Under the pieces are notes generated by a model, which saw only the letters and a list, made by a program, of their open reading frames with translations, was not told the DNA's origin and searched no databases. From the NCBI RefSeq assembly GCF_964194025.1, contig NC_134469.1, positions 26,474,001 to 26,538,000 of the forward strand: a stretch of DNA of 64,000 nt. The letters run 5' to 3'. The first letter of the stretch is position 1, and each line of letters starts with the position of its first letter. This stretch comes from Convolutriloba macropyga (Eukaryota). The position numbers and the translations under genes were made by a program. Shown here piece after piece: positions 50,140-62,450 of this stretch.

Positions 50140-51697
50140 ACCTTCTCACACAACATTGTCGGTCATACACTGACTTTTCCAAGTATTCGGGACATCGACC
50201 AAGGTTGTGGTTTTGTGAGCAGAGTTGACATGACACATCTGGTGGCCCCCTTCTAGAAGAACTGTTCATTCTGGTTCTCTGGTTCCGTTGTGGGGAGATG
50301 TCCTCACACGCCTCTGCGTAGGAGTCAATCCAATCAGCAAAGTGGGTAAGGTTAGGTTGCAGCAAGGCTTGGCTTCTTGTGTGTTGATTCCATCTGATTA
50401 TCATGGTAGCGTTCAGTTTGTCTCTGGCCATTCTCAGGACGGCTGAAGACTTGAGGTCAGCTTCAAAGTTGTGAAGCCTGAATGTTTGTACCAGTCTCCT
50501 CAGGAAGGATGAAAAGCTCACAAAAGTGTTTGGTTCGTCCAGTCTGGGTTTCGGCCACTTCTCCAATTGATCTAGGTATGCAGCGACAATATGCTGTGCT
50601 TTGCCAAACTTTCTGGTCAGTTCAGCGATAGCTTCATGGTAGTAGTCCCCATTGTATGAGTATCCACTTATGGAATCTCTTGCCTTATGTGTTACAGAGT
50701 TTTGGAGGTATGTCATTTTTTGAGCGTCTGAGAGGCCACTGTTGTTGTGAATGGTCGCTTTGAAGAAGCTGAACCACTGGTGCCATTTCAAAGGATCACC
50801 TGTAAAATTATCAATTGATATCTTGGGCAAACTCATTGTGTTCTGTATCATCAGTGCCTGGTGTTGCATCCAGTCTGGTGGAGAACTCGGGAAACTCGGG
50901 AAGCCATTGTATAGGTTGTTGTTAGAGCCGTTGTTATAGTGTACTTCATGCCCGGTACAACTGTTCAGTGGTTGTTGATTTTGTGGTGTGTACCTATGGC
51001 TCATGGTAGGACCAGCTTGGCTATTGATGTGAAAAGAAAGTGGTTGTTGCAAATGCCCAGCTCTATCCTCACTCTCATGTTGGTTCTGTCCTCGAACATG
51101 GTTCTCTTCTCTCGATCGAATTGAATTTTGCCAGCCCTCATCCATTCTCAAGGCCCCTGTGAGAAATTCTCTGTTCCTTCCTCTCTCTTCAATGTTAAAA
51201 ACGGGTTGAGAATTATCAGGGTCTTCTGAGTCGGACGAGTCAGCTTTGTTTGTTTCCTGATTGTTGCGGCTTGCCAACTGATGTTTCATTTGTTTCATTG
51301 CTCTATTGCGTAAAGGGTACTGTTTTCTCAGTAGATTAGGGGAAGGCGCTGCTGATGTGTTGAAAGCAGATTCAGTGTCACTTGCATCCGTTCTGTGTGC
51401 TTTTGCTCTCTGTTTGCATTTCAGCATGGTTATGTTTCTTTCAGCAGATTCATTAGCAAGTGTTGTCAACTCTTCACTTGTTAGCTGTAGCTTCATGAGT
51501 TCACTGCAACTTCTGTCCAACTGCTCTTTTTGAGACCTCAAAAGTTCCAAAGTTTCACGTAGTATGCTTAGACCTTCGTTACTATTGCTTTGTTCTTCGA
51601 AGAGGTCTTTTACTGCGTTCCACTCTATCACTTTCAGCTGAAGTTGTTGCTTGAGGCTGTTCTTTGCTGTTGATGATGCTTTGGACTTGTTTGGCAT
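50138..51697 (-). CDS. gag: BEL/Pao Gag (DUF1759-like domain, first Zn knuckle), ending at a frameshift
   Basis: LPKISIDNFTGDPLKWHQWFSFFKATIH...QKMTYLQNSV; CQLCSQNHNLGRC. Confidence 0.9.
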   Translation of the reverse strand: MPNKSKASSTAKNSLKQQLQLKVIEWNAVKDLFEEQSNSNEGLSILRETLELLRSQKEQLDRSCSELMKLQLTSEELTTLANESAERNITMLKCKQRAKAHRTDASDTESAFNTSAAPSPNLLRKQYPLRNRAMKQMKHQLASRNNQETNKADSSDSEDPDNSQPVFNIEERGRNREFLTGALRMDEGWQNSIRSREENHVRGQNQHESEDRAGHLQQPLSFHINSQAGPTMSHRYTPQNQQPLNSCTGHEVHYNNGSNNNLYNGFPSFPSSPPDWMQHQALMIQNTMSLPKISIDNFTGDPLKWHQWFSFFKATIHNNSGLSDAQKMTYLQNSVTHKARDSISGYSYNGDYYHEAIAELTRKFGKAQHIVAAYLDQLEKWPKPRLDEPNTFVSFSSFLRRLVQTFRLHNFEADLKSSAVLRMARDKLNATMIIRWNQHTRSQALLQPNLTHFADWIDSYAEACEDISPQRNQRTRMNSSSRRGPPDVSCQLCSQNHNLGRCPEYLEKSVYDRQCCVRR

Positions 51698-52589
51698 GTT
51701 GATTGTGTTAGAAGACTTTTCTTATTGTACAAAGTTTATACTGCACTGTTACTGCACTATGTTTCCTTGTAACAGCCCTATTCTAGTTTTTGTTATGTTA
51801 AACCTATTATTTAAATGAGGCTGTTGCTTACTGTGCTTAGCTAATGCTTTTGTTTAATGTTTGATTGCTATGTTTATGCTTGTCGCTATCACTAAGTGAT
51901 GTTTGATACAGATTTGATGCTAATCAGAAGTTGCATAGAGTTAAACTTTTCCACTAATCAGTGAAATTCTTACAAACTTAGATAAATTAGATGTTTGTCT
52001 GGTTGCCTATTTGATTCTCGAGCGCGACAGAAGGAACCCTAACCTGTGGTGGTTAACATTCGACTATTGTGTGTGTCTACTGACACTGGTGGGGGGATAA
52101 CTTCACGTTCCTATAAACCTTAAGGTAGCAAGGGCATACCAGGCCTTGCAACTAATCCTAAATTAATGTGTGTGTTGGTGGTGCTTTAAATTTCACCTAG
52201 AGGAGGACCTACTCCTTTCAAAACTAATGCGGAAAGATACTATATTGATCCAACGATAACTAGTCGCCTATTAAAATCCAGCCTTTGAAATGAAGACATT
52301 CAAATCCGCAAGCAAGACCAGCCCATCTTTCGTGACTAGGCATCCCACGCAAGCATCCTTTTCAGGAGAACTCTCATCTCAGTCTTCACTTCTAGGGCCA
52401 GATTAAAAATCAGTTGGATCATTTGTGATTGTGATGTTTTTGATTAAAAAGTGTGAAGTTATCAAAACCAGAGTTTAAAATGTGCTAAGTGTCAAATGTC
52501 TAAGTTCCCCCCTATAAAATCAAAAATTCCCCAGTCTGCGTCGAGCAAAGGTTCAAAGGTCCTTTTTTGACCCTAGGATACGCCAGAAA

Positions 52590-52948
52590 TGTTTATGCTC
52601 TTCGGCCTAAGTCTTGCATACCAAGACAACTTTTCATTAATATTTGTATTTCTGAAAGTCGCAACTATGGTAGCAAATCAAGCTCTATAAATACATCATA
52701 ATTCGCGCCATTGGCACACAAGTTATGGTCAAAAACGGGAAATCCCTTACTATAAATAATATTGAAAGTGAACGTCAACCACTTCTGACTTCTTCAATAA
52801 AATCAACATATAAAAAGCTTCAACGAAAATAGGTTGGGGGAATGAAAATCATGAAATGAAAGGGTTTTGGAGGACGAAAGTGTAGGTGGGGGGAGGAAAA
52901 TGAGGGTGTGGGGGGAGATAAAATATAAAGGAACTTGGTTCCTTTACA
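52590..52948 (-). repeat. 5' LTR
   Basis: Matches 45288-45646; followed on the minus strand by TTTC-TGGCGTATCCTAGG. Confidence 0.95.
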
Positions 52949-53050
52949 TTCTGGGACCTCAGCCTACTTACACTATTCTCATCATGTGAGCAAAATAATC
53001 TTGGGATAAACGTTGCCTTTTGTGCGTACGATTGTCGAATTATATTGCAG

Positions 53051-53194
53051 GGGGTGTTGAGTTCACCTTATTTTCCAAGTGGAAGGCTGCAGATGAGGAC
53101 ATGTTGAGTGAGATGATGGCTCCTAAGTTGAAGAGCGATCTCTTCTCACAGACATGGCAGAACTCTGGCACAAATCTACCATCAGACTGTCAGG
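53051..53194 (+). CDS. DNASE2: DNase II exon 4
   Basis: tgcag|GG; GVEFTLFSK...QTWQNSGTNLPSDC; donor G|gtaagt. Confidence 0.9.
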
Positions 53195-53747
53195 GTAAGT
53201 ACGAGGGAAAGAACAAAATAGTCTATCTTAATTTACGCTAAATTTTTATGTCTGATTTTCAGCTTTCATTCTAAATGCATTATGTGAAAATCTAATCTTT
53301 TCTGTTGAAAAAATGCAGCCTTAAATTCTACCAGTCGTATACCAATGGTGATCATGTAAAAGAATTACAAATTATGCTACAATCTTGAGAAAAAAGGCTT
53401 ACCCTTGCAAGGGAACGATTCTTTAAATGCTTCAGATGATCTTGCAACCTCCATTTATGACTTTGATTCAAAACTAATAGATCAAAACTAGAATATTTGA
53501 TTTGTTTCCTGGTTTGTAACAGAAATCAAGACAAAACGTGCTCTTCTAAGAAAAAGTAACCAAACAATAAACCTTAATTTGTCTAAAATAGTGTTTTAGT
53601 GTCGTTATAGAAGAGAGCTGTTCTGGATGTCTTTAGGAGATTTTTTAAGATAAACATAATTTGCAAAATTGTTGCGATAAAAGCAGTTAAATAAACTGCC
53701 AGTGTAATAAATTTTAATGCCCGATCGACCCTGGAAAAACACTTCAG

Positions 53748-53840
53748 CATTAGACTACGAGTTTATCACACTCTTTTATTGCCATTGTTACTAAGTAAAC
53801 AGTGGCGATAAAAGAGTGGTGATAAACTCGTAGTATAATG
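53748..53840. repeat. ~93-bp near-perfect palindrome
   Basis: CATTAGACTACGAGTTTATCAC...GTGATAAACTCGTAGTATAATG with pairing nearly to the centre. Confidence 0.85.
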
Positions 53841-53864
53841 ATGGAAACATTTTGATAACCTTGT

Positions 53865-54512
53865 NNNNNNNNNNNNNNNNNNNNNNNNNNNNNNNNNNNN
53901 NNNNNNNNNNNNNNNNNNNNNNNNNNNNNNNNNNNNNNNNNNNNNNNNNNNNNNNNNNNNNNNNNNNNNNNNNNNNNNNNNNNNNNNNNNNNNNNNNNNN
54001 NNNNNNNNNNNNNNNNNNNNNNNNNNNNNNNNNNNNNNNNNNNNNNNNNNNNNNNNNNNNNNNNNNNNNNNNNNNNNNNNNNNNNNNNNNNNNNNNNNNN
54101 NNNNNNNNNNNNNNNNNNNNNNNNNNNNNNNNNNNNNNNNNNNNNNNNNNNNNNNNNNNNNNNNNNNNNNNNNNNNNNNNNNNNNNNNNNNNNNNNNNNN
54201 NNNNNCGTGCGTGTGTGTGTGTTTATGCATGTGTGGGCCTGTGTGTCTGCNNNNNNNNNNNNNNNNNNNNNNNNNNNNNNNNNNNNNNNNNNNNNNNNNN
54301 NNNNNNNNNNNNNNNNNNNNNNNNNNNNNNNNNNNNNNNNNNNNNNNNNNNNNNNNNNNNNNNNNNNNNNNNNNNNNNNNNNNNNNNNNNNNNNNNNNNN
54401 NNNNNNNNNNNNNNNNNNNNNNNNNNNNNNNNNNNNNNNNNNNNNNNNNNNNNNNNNNNNNNNNNNNNNNNNNNNNNNNNNNNNNNNNNNNNNNNNNNNN
54501 NNNNNNNNNNNN
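53865..54512. other. Assembly gaps (N 53865-54205 and 54251-54512) around a (GT)n-like island
   Basis: Runs of N. Confidence 0.99.
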
Positions 54513-54935
54513 AGGATAAAAGGAAGAACAGATCTGAAGAAATATCACTTACCTTTGAAAATGTAATTGTCCTCAAAAAATGAGAAGGAAAAACCATTAA
54601 AACAGTGTTCAGTTTTGAAATGATCGCAACAGGTGTTGATTAAAAAAATTACCACACGGTTGTTATCGCCCTCGAAGTTATCATAACACCTCGGCTTCGC
54701 CTCGGAGTTTGATAACTTCTCGGTGGCAATAACAACTGTGTGGCAATATTCATTAAGATACGAGCGAGGTAAGTTTGAGTAAAGTTTCCCGAGTTGACCT
54801 GATATCTCCAAATGGTTTGAAATTTGGGCTTCGATGGAAAAAGCTTCTCAAAAAAGCTTCTCGCTAAATTCCTTCGCTTTCTATAGACATAATTTGTTGG
54901 CCAGTTGGATTATTGCAAATTAATTGTTTGCTTAG

Positions 54936-55048
54936 ATACGTACTGGACGTTCACAGTTGAAGAGATGTCCTTCACTGACTTTGACATCCAGTTCTCAACC
55001 AACAAGGACCACTCCAAATGGGCTGTAGGACCACCCACGGGTTACAAG
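54936..55048 (+). CDS. DNASE2: DNase II exon 5
   Basis: cttag|AT; TYWTFTVEEMSFTDFDIQFSTNKDHSKWAVG (second catalytic DHSK motif); donor AAG|gttgca. Not in the ORF track. Confidence 0.92.
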
Positions 55049-55375
55049 GTTGCACTTCTCAATGCTAAAGATTTTTTAATGTGAACATATTTCCGGGTCA
55101 GGATTCACCACGTGTAATACATTGATGAATTATGGAGAAAGGATAACAAATAGAACCTCTCATTTTTGACAATTGCGCGCAATATTGTGATTTTTGGCAA
55201 TAATTGCCGTCCGTTTTTTTTCATAAGAAACGAATTGAAAATAAGCTAAAATAATGAGAATTTAGCAATGAATTGAGGTAAAATTTGATGACACCTCGAC
55301 CTGAAAATTTGAAATTTTTGTAAAAAATTGTAAATAATTGTAAATTTCTATAATTGTAAATCTCATTTATTGTAG

Positions 55376-55642
55376 AATCCTTCTGATTGGGTGTGCATTG
55401 GTGACATGAACAGACAAGAAAGTCAGGAAGACCGAAGTGGTGGTTACACCTGCTTTCAAGAAACAACTGTCAGTCAGCAGTACGTTAACATCACAGCTGC
55501 TCTGCTTAATTGCACATCTACGAAACGGACCCAGTCAGGGACTTCAAGTTTTGACCAGAACAGCTGGACGATGTCTTTTGCATTATGGCTACACAAAATT
55601 GTTGTCACTAATTTCGGCTCTACGATTGGAAGTGCATTCTGA
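55376..55642 (+). CDS. DNASE2: DNase II exon 6 (terminal)
   Basis: tgtag|AAT; NPSDWVCIGDMNRQESQEDRSGGYTC, stop at 55642, AATAAA at about 55659. The six exons sum to 1239 nt, in frame. Confidence 0.92.
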   Translation, partial: NPSDWVCIGDMNRQESQEDRSGGYTCFQETTVSQQYVNITAALLNCTSTKRTQSGTSSFDQNSWTMSFALWLHKIVVTNFGSTIGSAF

Positions 55643-57499
55643 TTGTTCATCTGACAACAATAAAAACGCTACTTGATTTAGTTTTTCGCGCATAGTTAAT
55701 GTGATGTTTTGTTTACTTATAAATTTCATGGCAATGAACTATCTGTCTGAATTGGTAATTTGTTTGATTAGTTGGTCTCGACAATAAAGGCATAATGGAT
55801 CTATTGCGATATAAATATAACTAATAGAATCATAATTATTTAAATTTGTTATAACCAAATTGATGATGATTGCATAGTTGAGAACACTATTTTGAGTCAA
55901 AACAAATTTATTTGATAGGTCCGGCTAAAATCTTATATCTACCAATCTGAACATTTTGCTCCTTCAGTACGAATAACGGTGGCCCATTTGTTTCCATTCG
56001 AAAACAAACTTAGCAAGACTTGCCCAGCTTACCTGATTAACCGAAACCTGAGGAGTAACTTGAGTCACTTCTATTTGAGTCACTTCTTGTCACTTCTATT
56101 TGAACGTACGATGTATAAACAGTTTTTGATGCTTCTGCACCAACAATTTTGCGTAGAAGAACAGGGTTTTAGAAAAAGTCATTCAACCATCACTCAGATA
56201 CCATCCGTTTCATTGTCGTACTTTAAAAATTATGCAGAATGGGGTTTGATAATGCTTTCTAGAGGCTTTCGTGTCATATTTGACAGTTTTAAAAATTTGG
56301 AAAAAATCTAAATTCCGCTCAGTTACCAGCGGTGGACAAATTAATTCAATTTTTACAGTGTTTCTTTTTTCCGTATATATAAATGACCTCCTCGAAGTAT
56401 TTGTCAATGAGTGCTATTGACATCAGCATTGTGGACAATGAAATGGAGCTGGAAAAAGATATTCACAGTGTTATTTTTTGGAGCAGGGAGAATCGTTTAA
56501 AGTTCAACTTTGGTAAGTTTCTATTCGAAACTAAATTTCTCCTTAAGCGAGAGTCGTAACCGCAAAAACTGGCTGACGATTTCCGGCTGATATAAGAGAA
56601 GCTGCACGCTATTGTGACTTGAAAAGTGAAAACAGAAACAAATCCCAAATAACAGTTGGTGCAGCAATGCTTAGCCTACTAACATGGTACTTAAGTAAAT
56701 CTAACAAATTCTCTTATTGAAACGAAATGACTACGTGTCTTAAGTTTAGATGTCTGGCAATGGCTTTTGTGAGCTCTTCAACAGGTAACGAGGCCAGACA
56801 GTGAAAGAAGAATTTGCGTGCAGTTTCAAAAGAGGGCTTTGAAAGCCGATCTTATGAATTCACAGCAAACAAAACCGACAAACTATGCACTATACGTGGA
56901 TGTAAACCACATTATTGCTCTGCGTTAAATAGGAAAAGGCAACAAGTATGGGTAAATAAAGCACTGCTCGAAAATGTGTCCAAGCAAGCCCAAACTAAAT
57001 TCAAACATATACAATTAAGAAAATTTATTTGTCAAAAAGAAAAATCCCTTCAGAGCAAAAATCTCCCGGAGCTAAAAAGAAAATACTTATACTTAAGGAA
57101 AAATCTCTATCATATCAGTGGCTTTTGAGTATAAAAAGTGAAAGGTTGCAAAATCAAAAAAGTACAAAGATACAATAGCCAAAGCACAGTATTATCATCC
57201 AAAATATGTCTGAGTTTGGTAAACTTCAGTTAGATGATAACACAAGATTTCTCAAAGCATATAATGAATATCAACTAATGTTCGGGGAACGTTAATTTGA
57301 AATTTTGTGCAGAAATGAAACAGGCAGACGCAAAACCAACTAGCAGTTGTGCAGTCAGACGAAACATTTGCAGTGCTTGGAAGAGATTTACTACCCGCCT
57401 AAAGAAGGAAAAACATCACAACTTAACATTTATCAGCCCGTTATAGATACAAAGCTCATGTGAACCTGATACGAACTTTAGAGTCATTGTTCTTCACAG

Positions 57500-58300
57500 C
57501 CAGAAAGATATTATTACCTCTTCAAGAAGAATTCACTGAGAACAAAAGCTGGGAAAGATGCTTGGAAAGGGTGCGCTTGGTCCTTTACAGTTAGTCACGA
57601 ATGCATCACTAGTGTTGTCTTCAGAAAAAAGTAAAAAATTGAGACTCTGTGTGGTTCCCAAAGCGCATATTAGCCGCAGATTCATGAACGAGGACACCCA
57701 ATACCAAACACTAAGACACCATTCTCAATCTCCATCGGTCATCCTATATTGATAAAAACTGATTTGCCGGACAATTACTATTAGGTTTAAGTTCATGATC
57801 TGGCTAAAATTCATACGCGCAATTCCTATTGCTGACACCAATCAGAATGCACAGATTTTTTTTTCAACTGATGAACACCTCCTCATGTTTTCTAAACTGC
57901 ATTGAATCAACGCTCACGGGAATCAAAGGTGCTGTAATCTTTCAAGAGAATTGGTAAGGAGCTGTTCCACAAAAGAGTATAAGCAGTCAAGATCACACTA
58001 TGTGAGGAAAATTTCATTATTAATAAACTAAAAGTTTTCTCAGACACATCCAGTATTTTTAGTCTTTGTTATAGGAATTTCCGAATACAGGATAACACCT
58101 AGTCTCAAACATGTTGAAAATTTTAAAAACGAGAAATCGTAAACTAACAAAAAACAACTTTAGTTGCTTTGTAGGGCTAGCCAATTTTTACGAAGGAACC
58201 TCTCCCGATTCTGGAACTCAAACTCTTCCACTGTGTAGTACCGTGCTACATTGATTAGACTCCACTCTGCAATTGCTTGGCAAATTGTACCTTATTAAAA
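57500..58300 (+). mobile_element. Decayed Ty3/Gypsy RT remnant
   Basis: KKLRLCV, DLAKIHT/YAQ-like block, SCFVGLANFY (cf. SFLGLANYY). Confidence 0.55.
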
Positions 58301-58649
58301 CATTGTTTACATTTGCTCTAGCAGCACATAAAATTATTTAAAAGTTTATCTGATCTCAGAGTTTTGTTTGTTCGTTTGTATAAATTTTAAAAGCCAACTA
58401 CTATTTAATTTGTTTGATTATTCACACTTGGCTCTTGTCTGGAAATCATTCTCTTAGTTTTCTCAAATTCGTGATAAGTTGCAAAATTGAAGTCTGATAT
58501 ATTCTTTTTTCAACAAACCAATTTACTAGCATCAATTTATAAGCTAAGCATTTTGTTCCATGTTAGGGTGGGTTTTTCGTCAAGAATCCCAACAGATAAA
58601 ATACTACAACAATAGCAGCGCTAGTACAACTCAATAGTTTCCTTTTACA

Positions 58650-61600
58650 CCATGGCGCTGCCAGCAGACCGCGATCAGGGAATCTCTCCCCTGGGTGTAG
58701 AGCAGGATTGTGAAGAGCCGACGTTGAATCCACATTTTAGAAGAAAATTTAGAGAGTGTACTCAAAAATGGAAATGTTGTCCGTAGAAGGATTTTCTATA
58801 GATACTTTTTTAAGTCATCCACCAACGCATTCAAAAATGCCATACAAACCAGGTTATGAGGAACAAATTGAAAATACAACCGTCTAAGCCAAACGCGATT
58901 GCTAACTGCGTAAGACCAAACAACTTATATGGAAGAACATATGTTTTAAAATCAAGGTACAAAAGATATTATGTGGAAAAAAACATTGGAAAATTTTTTA
59001 TCAGAAAGCAGCATCCTTGTCATTTCTCAGTATGGGTGCGGACGGACGGCGCGTAGCAGAACAATTTTAATTGAAAATATGGATAGTTTGTATGGTCAAC
59101 TAAAAGATTGTATGGTCAATGATTGAGGCGTTCATAAACCTGCCAGACATCCACTTCGATCATTATCAGTTTCTCATGAAAAAACAACTCGAAACTGGAA
59201 TCGTTAAACAAATTCAAGGAAATTTTAGAGCAGAGGCCGATAAATGGGATTTGAGGGCCCTCCAAGATTCTACTGTACGAGACATAATTATATATAACAT
59301 ACTGGATGCTGAATTTCACAAACTACTACTGCGTGACACAGTAGAAACTAAACAGGATCTGGCATTGGCATCAACTGTGAAATCGTGCAAGAAATTCAAG
59401 TCAAAGTGTGCGACACTCAAATTAAGTCAGGTAGTCAAAACCCGAGAACTTCCGATCTTAGTTTTTTAGGCCGTACGTGCAATGCGAAATATAGAATGTT
59501 TGCAATTTCTTGCAGAAGACAATACTCTCATTAATGTTGCACCTGTATGTGACCAATCAGGTTAACTGGACCAAAAGCAGGATTGTCTGTATAAGGGAAA
59601 GTTGTATATGAACTGCGGTTTAATAACTACTATGCGAGCGACTGCTGAAAACGTAAGAAACCATAGCATTCGCGTCGCGCTTCCGCAATACTAAAGAGGA
59701 ACGTAAAGTACCAATGAACTAGAATTGTTAGGGATATTTTTGTCTGTCGAATAATTCAATTACTATTTCTTGGTAAAACATTTTTACTCTAATCACTGCT
59801 CATTGAGCACTTTTATCATTTATGAAAGAAAACCGTTCCAACAAACCTTATAATAGCAGATTTAACAGGTGAAAAGAGAGGTTTTTACCTATTGATTTGA
59901 TATTGAAAACATCCCTGTTGGAGAAGTTGGGTTACTTGACTATGTTTCGCGCAAGCCAAGTGAAAGTACAAAATTAGCAAATAAATTTGATATTGAACTG
60001 CAACAACTTCCCGCATTCTAGACGCATTTTCAAACATCACTCAGAACTCAAATTTTTCTGGACTCAACTCCATACCTAGAAAATATTAACACAGACTATA
60101 ATGCAAGTAAAACCTGTCACTTGCACTCAAATACCCTAAAACAAACAGCTTCCATCAAGTATTTCGACTGACCATTGCAACTCGCAAAATAATCATTTGC
60201 TTTCTGCTTGTGCAAATCAACGGAAGAATTAACCCACTTTTGTGCAGATATTTGGAAAATAAACAAGCTCCTACCTCAACAGCAAAATTTGTTGTATCGA
60301 CTAGCATTCAACTGTCTTGTTGACAAACAAGTCAGATGGCTGAAAAATTTTTCTGACTCGCCACTTTGCAGTTTCTGTGAAAACAAATTCGAAACATCTG
60401 AACACTTAGTTTTTGAATGCGACAAATTAATTGCAGCAAGAAACAAATTACAATTGACGAACTGGCGTCAGAAATTTGTCCATATGAGAGTCGAAACTCT
60501 ACAATTTACTGCCAGTGTTTTAAACGGATCATGGCAAGAAACTCCTCAGCAAACTAAAAACTATTTAAACTTTTTATTCAATCTGTAATGTTGTCTCTTT
60601 CAAGCGTCTTGCAATTCTCTTATTAGCATTTGAAAATACCTATTTCGGAAGTTTTTAATTAATGGCCTAATTGCTGTGTAAAGCCTAATTGGTGTGTCTT
60701 AGCCTATTTTTGTAACTATTTTTGTAAAGCCTAATTGGTGTGTCTCATCCTATTTTTGTAACTATTTGTAAAGCTTCAACGATGAAACCTAGTGAATTCT
60801 CTTTTAATTTCTTTGTAAATACCAAATGTAACGTTTCGTCAATACTTACCTTCTTTGTAACTTTGCAATAACCAACTGTAAAAAATAGCATTTGAATTTA
60901 TTATTTAAATGCCTGTGCAAATCAGTTGCTGAAACTTTCACAAGCGTTCGCACTGCAAATGCACACTTACAATTAAATAAAGTACCGACAAAAATACTTA
61001 GAGACGCTGTTCTGAAAGAAATACGGGTTGCACTGCTCAACAGCGACAAATAACACTGTAAAGCAGTAAATAAGTATATCCCCAGTTTCTTGAGGGAATC
61101 GCGTGTGCGCTCTGGATTTCAACGAAATGACAATTGCGTCGCTACTAACATTAGTTCACAAAATGCGGTATCCGAGTCGCTCTGGGCAACACACGGTGGC
61201 AGATGAGGAGTATAGAGAAATATTTTCTTATCACAGTATGCATGGTCGCGCTTCAAGCAAACGGACTTTTGACACTTATTCTCAAATGCGCTCCATGCAA
61301 ACAAACTGCTAAGAATTTGAAATTCATTATAACTGCTTCAAAGCGGAAACCTCATATGCTATGTGTCAAACCTAATGAGGAGAAACAACTTTTTGAGGAG
61401 CTATTTTAGTTATAAAAAGAGATGAATTATATTTTCTTGCATGTATTGACCACTATTAAAACTAACCTTCAGCAACACTCTATGACAAAGCAAATTATTG
61501 AAATATACGTAAATTTGTACAGGATTATGTTCATACACATATCATACCCCGAAAAATTTGTCTCAACGAATTTTATTGTCTAATCGGTAATCAAGTTATA

Positions 61601-62450
61601 TCATTTTTCAATCAAAATAATATTAACATTTACACCGCTGACTCTAATGGCCATAAACAATTAGATTAGCAGAGCAATTATACAGACAATTAAAATAAAG
61701 CTTTTGTGCATCAAAATTTCAACTCAAGACAAATGCTAAAAATAATTGCAGTAAATGACTCAATAACTAATAATTTTTTTATAGACAACAAACAACAAAA
61801 ATGGATGTGTTTCGCTGGACAGAAGCGATGAAAAAAGGAAAAAAAAACGAGACATAATTAGAGTTTTTGTGACAACATTGTGGCGTTAGCGAAGGAACAC
61901 CACATTTCAACATACATCCAAAACCAGGTAACTCGACTTCGCGAACATAATTCTCCCTTCACCTATGCTAGCCGGTAATCATTCAACAGACCGGAGACCG
62001 AAAAAGAAGTTGGATGACCTTTACAGAACTTTAACCCACGGGTCAACTGTGGTGAAGAAATCGCCAACATATCAACAATAAAAGAGTCGGGCAAACAATG
62101 TGTGCGTGTTCGGAATGGTGATCTTACGAAATTTGGTGCTGCAGCCGAATGTGCTACCCCTTTGTTGACTTACGCTGAGAGACTCATCTCACCGACAAAG
62201 CAGAAAACTGCGAAATATTTACGAGATTCGAAGGTTTTGAAGAATCATCAAAACAGCCCCCAAAAGATCAAAAAACGTTCAAATTGTGAAATGCAAAACA
62301 TCACCAGTCGGACTAATTTAAAAGTGGATATGCCGGTCAGTTTCGTCAATCACACTGAAACACATTCTAGCGTTTTAGTAGTAGAAACAATTCAGTCAGA
62401 GCAAAATGACGCCCCAATAGTTCCGCATCATTCCTAACAGTTAATCCAGG
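58650..62450 (+). mobile_element. Decayed, internally deleted Ty3/Gypsy element (gag, RNase H end, integrase)
   Basis: Gag-like VRDIIIYNILDAEFHKLLL; YYFLGKTF; FDIENIPVGEVGLLDYVSR; CAPCKQTAKN; FLACIDHY; HIIPRKI; GLAE..IQTIK. Confidence 0.65.
60200..60860 (+). mobile_element. 5'-truncated L1/Tx1-like LINE 3' end (zf-RVT) nested in the Gypsy remnant
   Basis: SPLCSFCENKFETSEHLVFEC CCHC motif, followed by a 3' UTR with a duplicated ~45-bp unit. Confidence 0.65.

Larger units (their letters stand above)
45288..52948 (-). mobile_element. BEL/Pao LTR retrotransposon, full length and recent, in DNase II intron 3
   Basis: 359-bp TG...CA LTRs at 45288-45646 and 52590-52948, 5-bp TSD TTCTG, PBS-like TGGCGTATCC after the 5' LTR, Gag-PR-RT-RH-IN order. 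Confidence 0.96.

Noticed and set aside
45857-51533. Many short + strand ORFs within the BEL element
   Set aside because: Antisense shadows of gag/pol with no motifs; no env-like ORF seen.
53766-54597. Long ORFs containing X runs
   Set aside because: Artefacts of N gaps.
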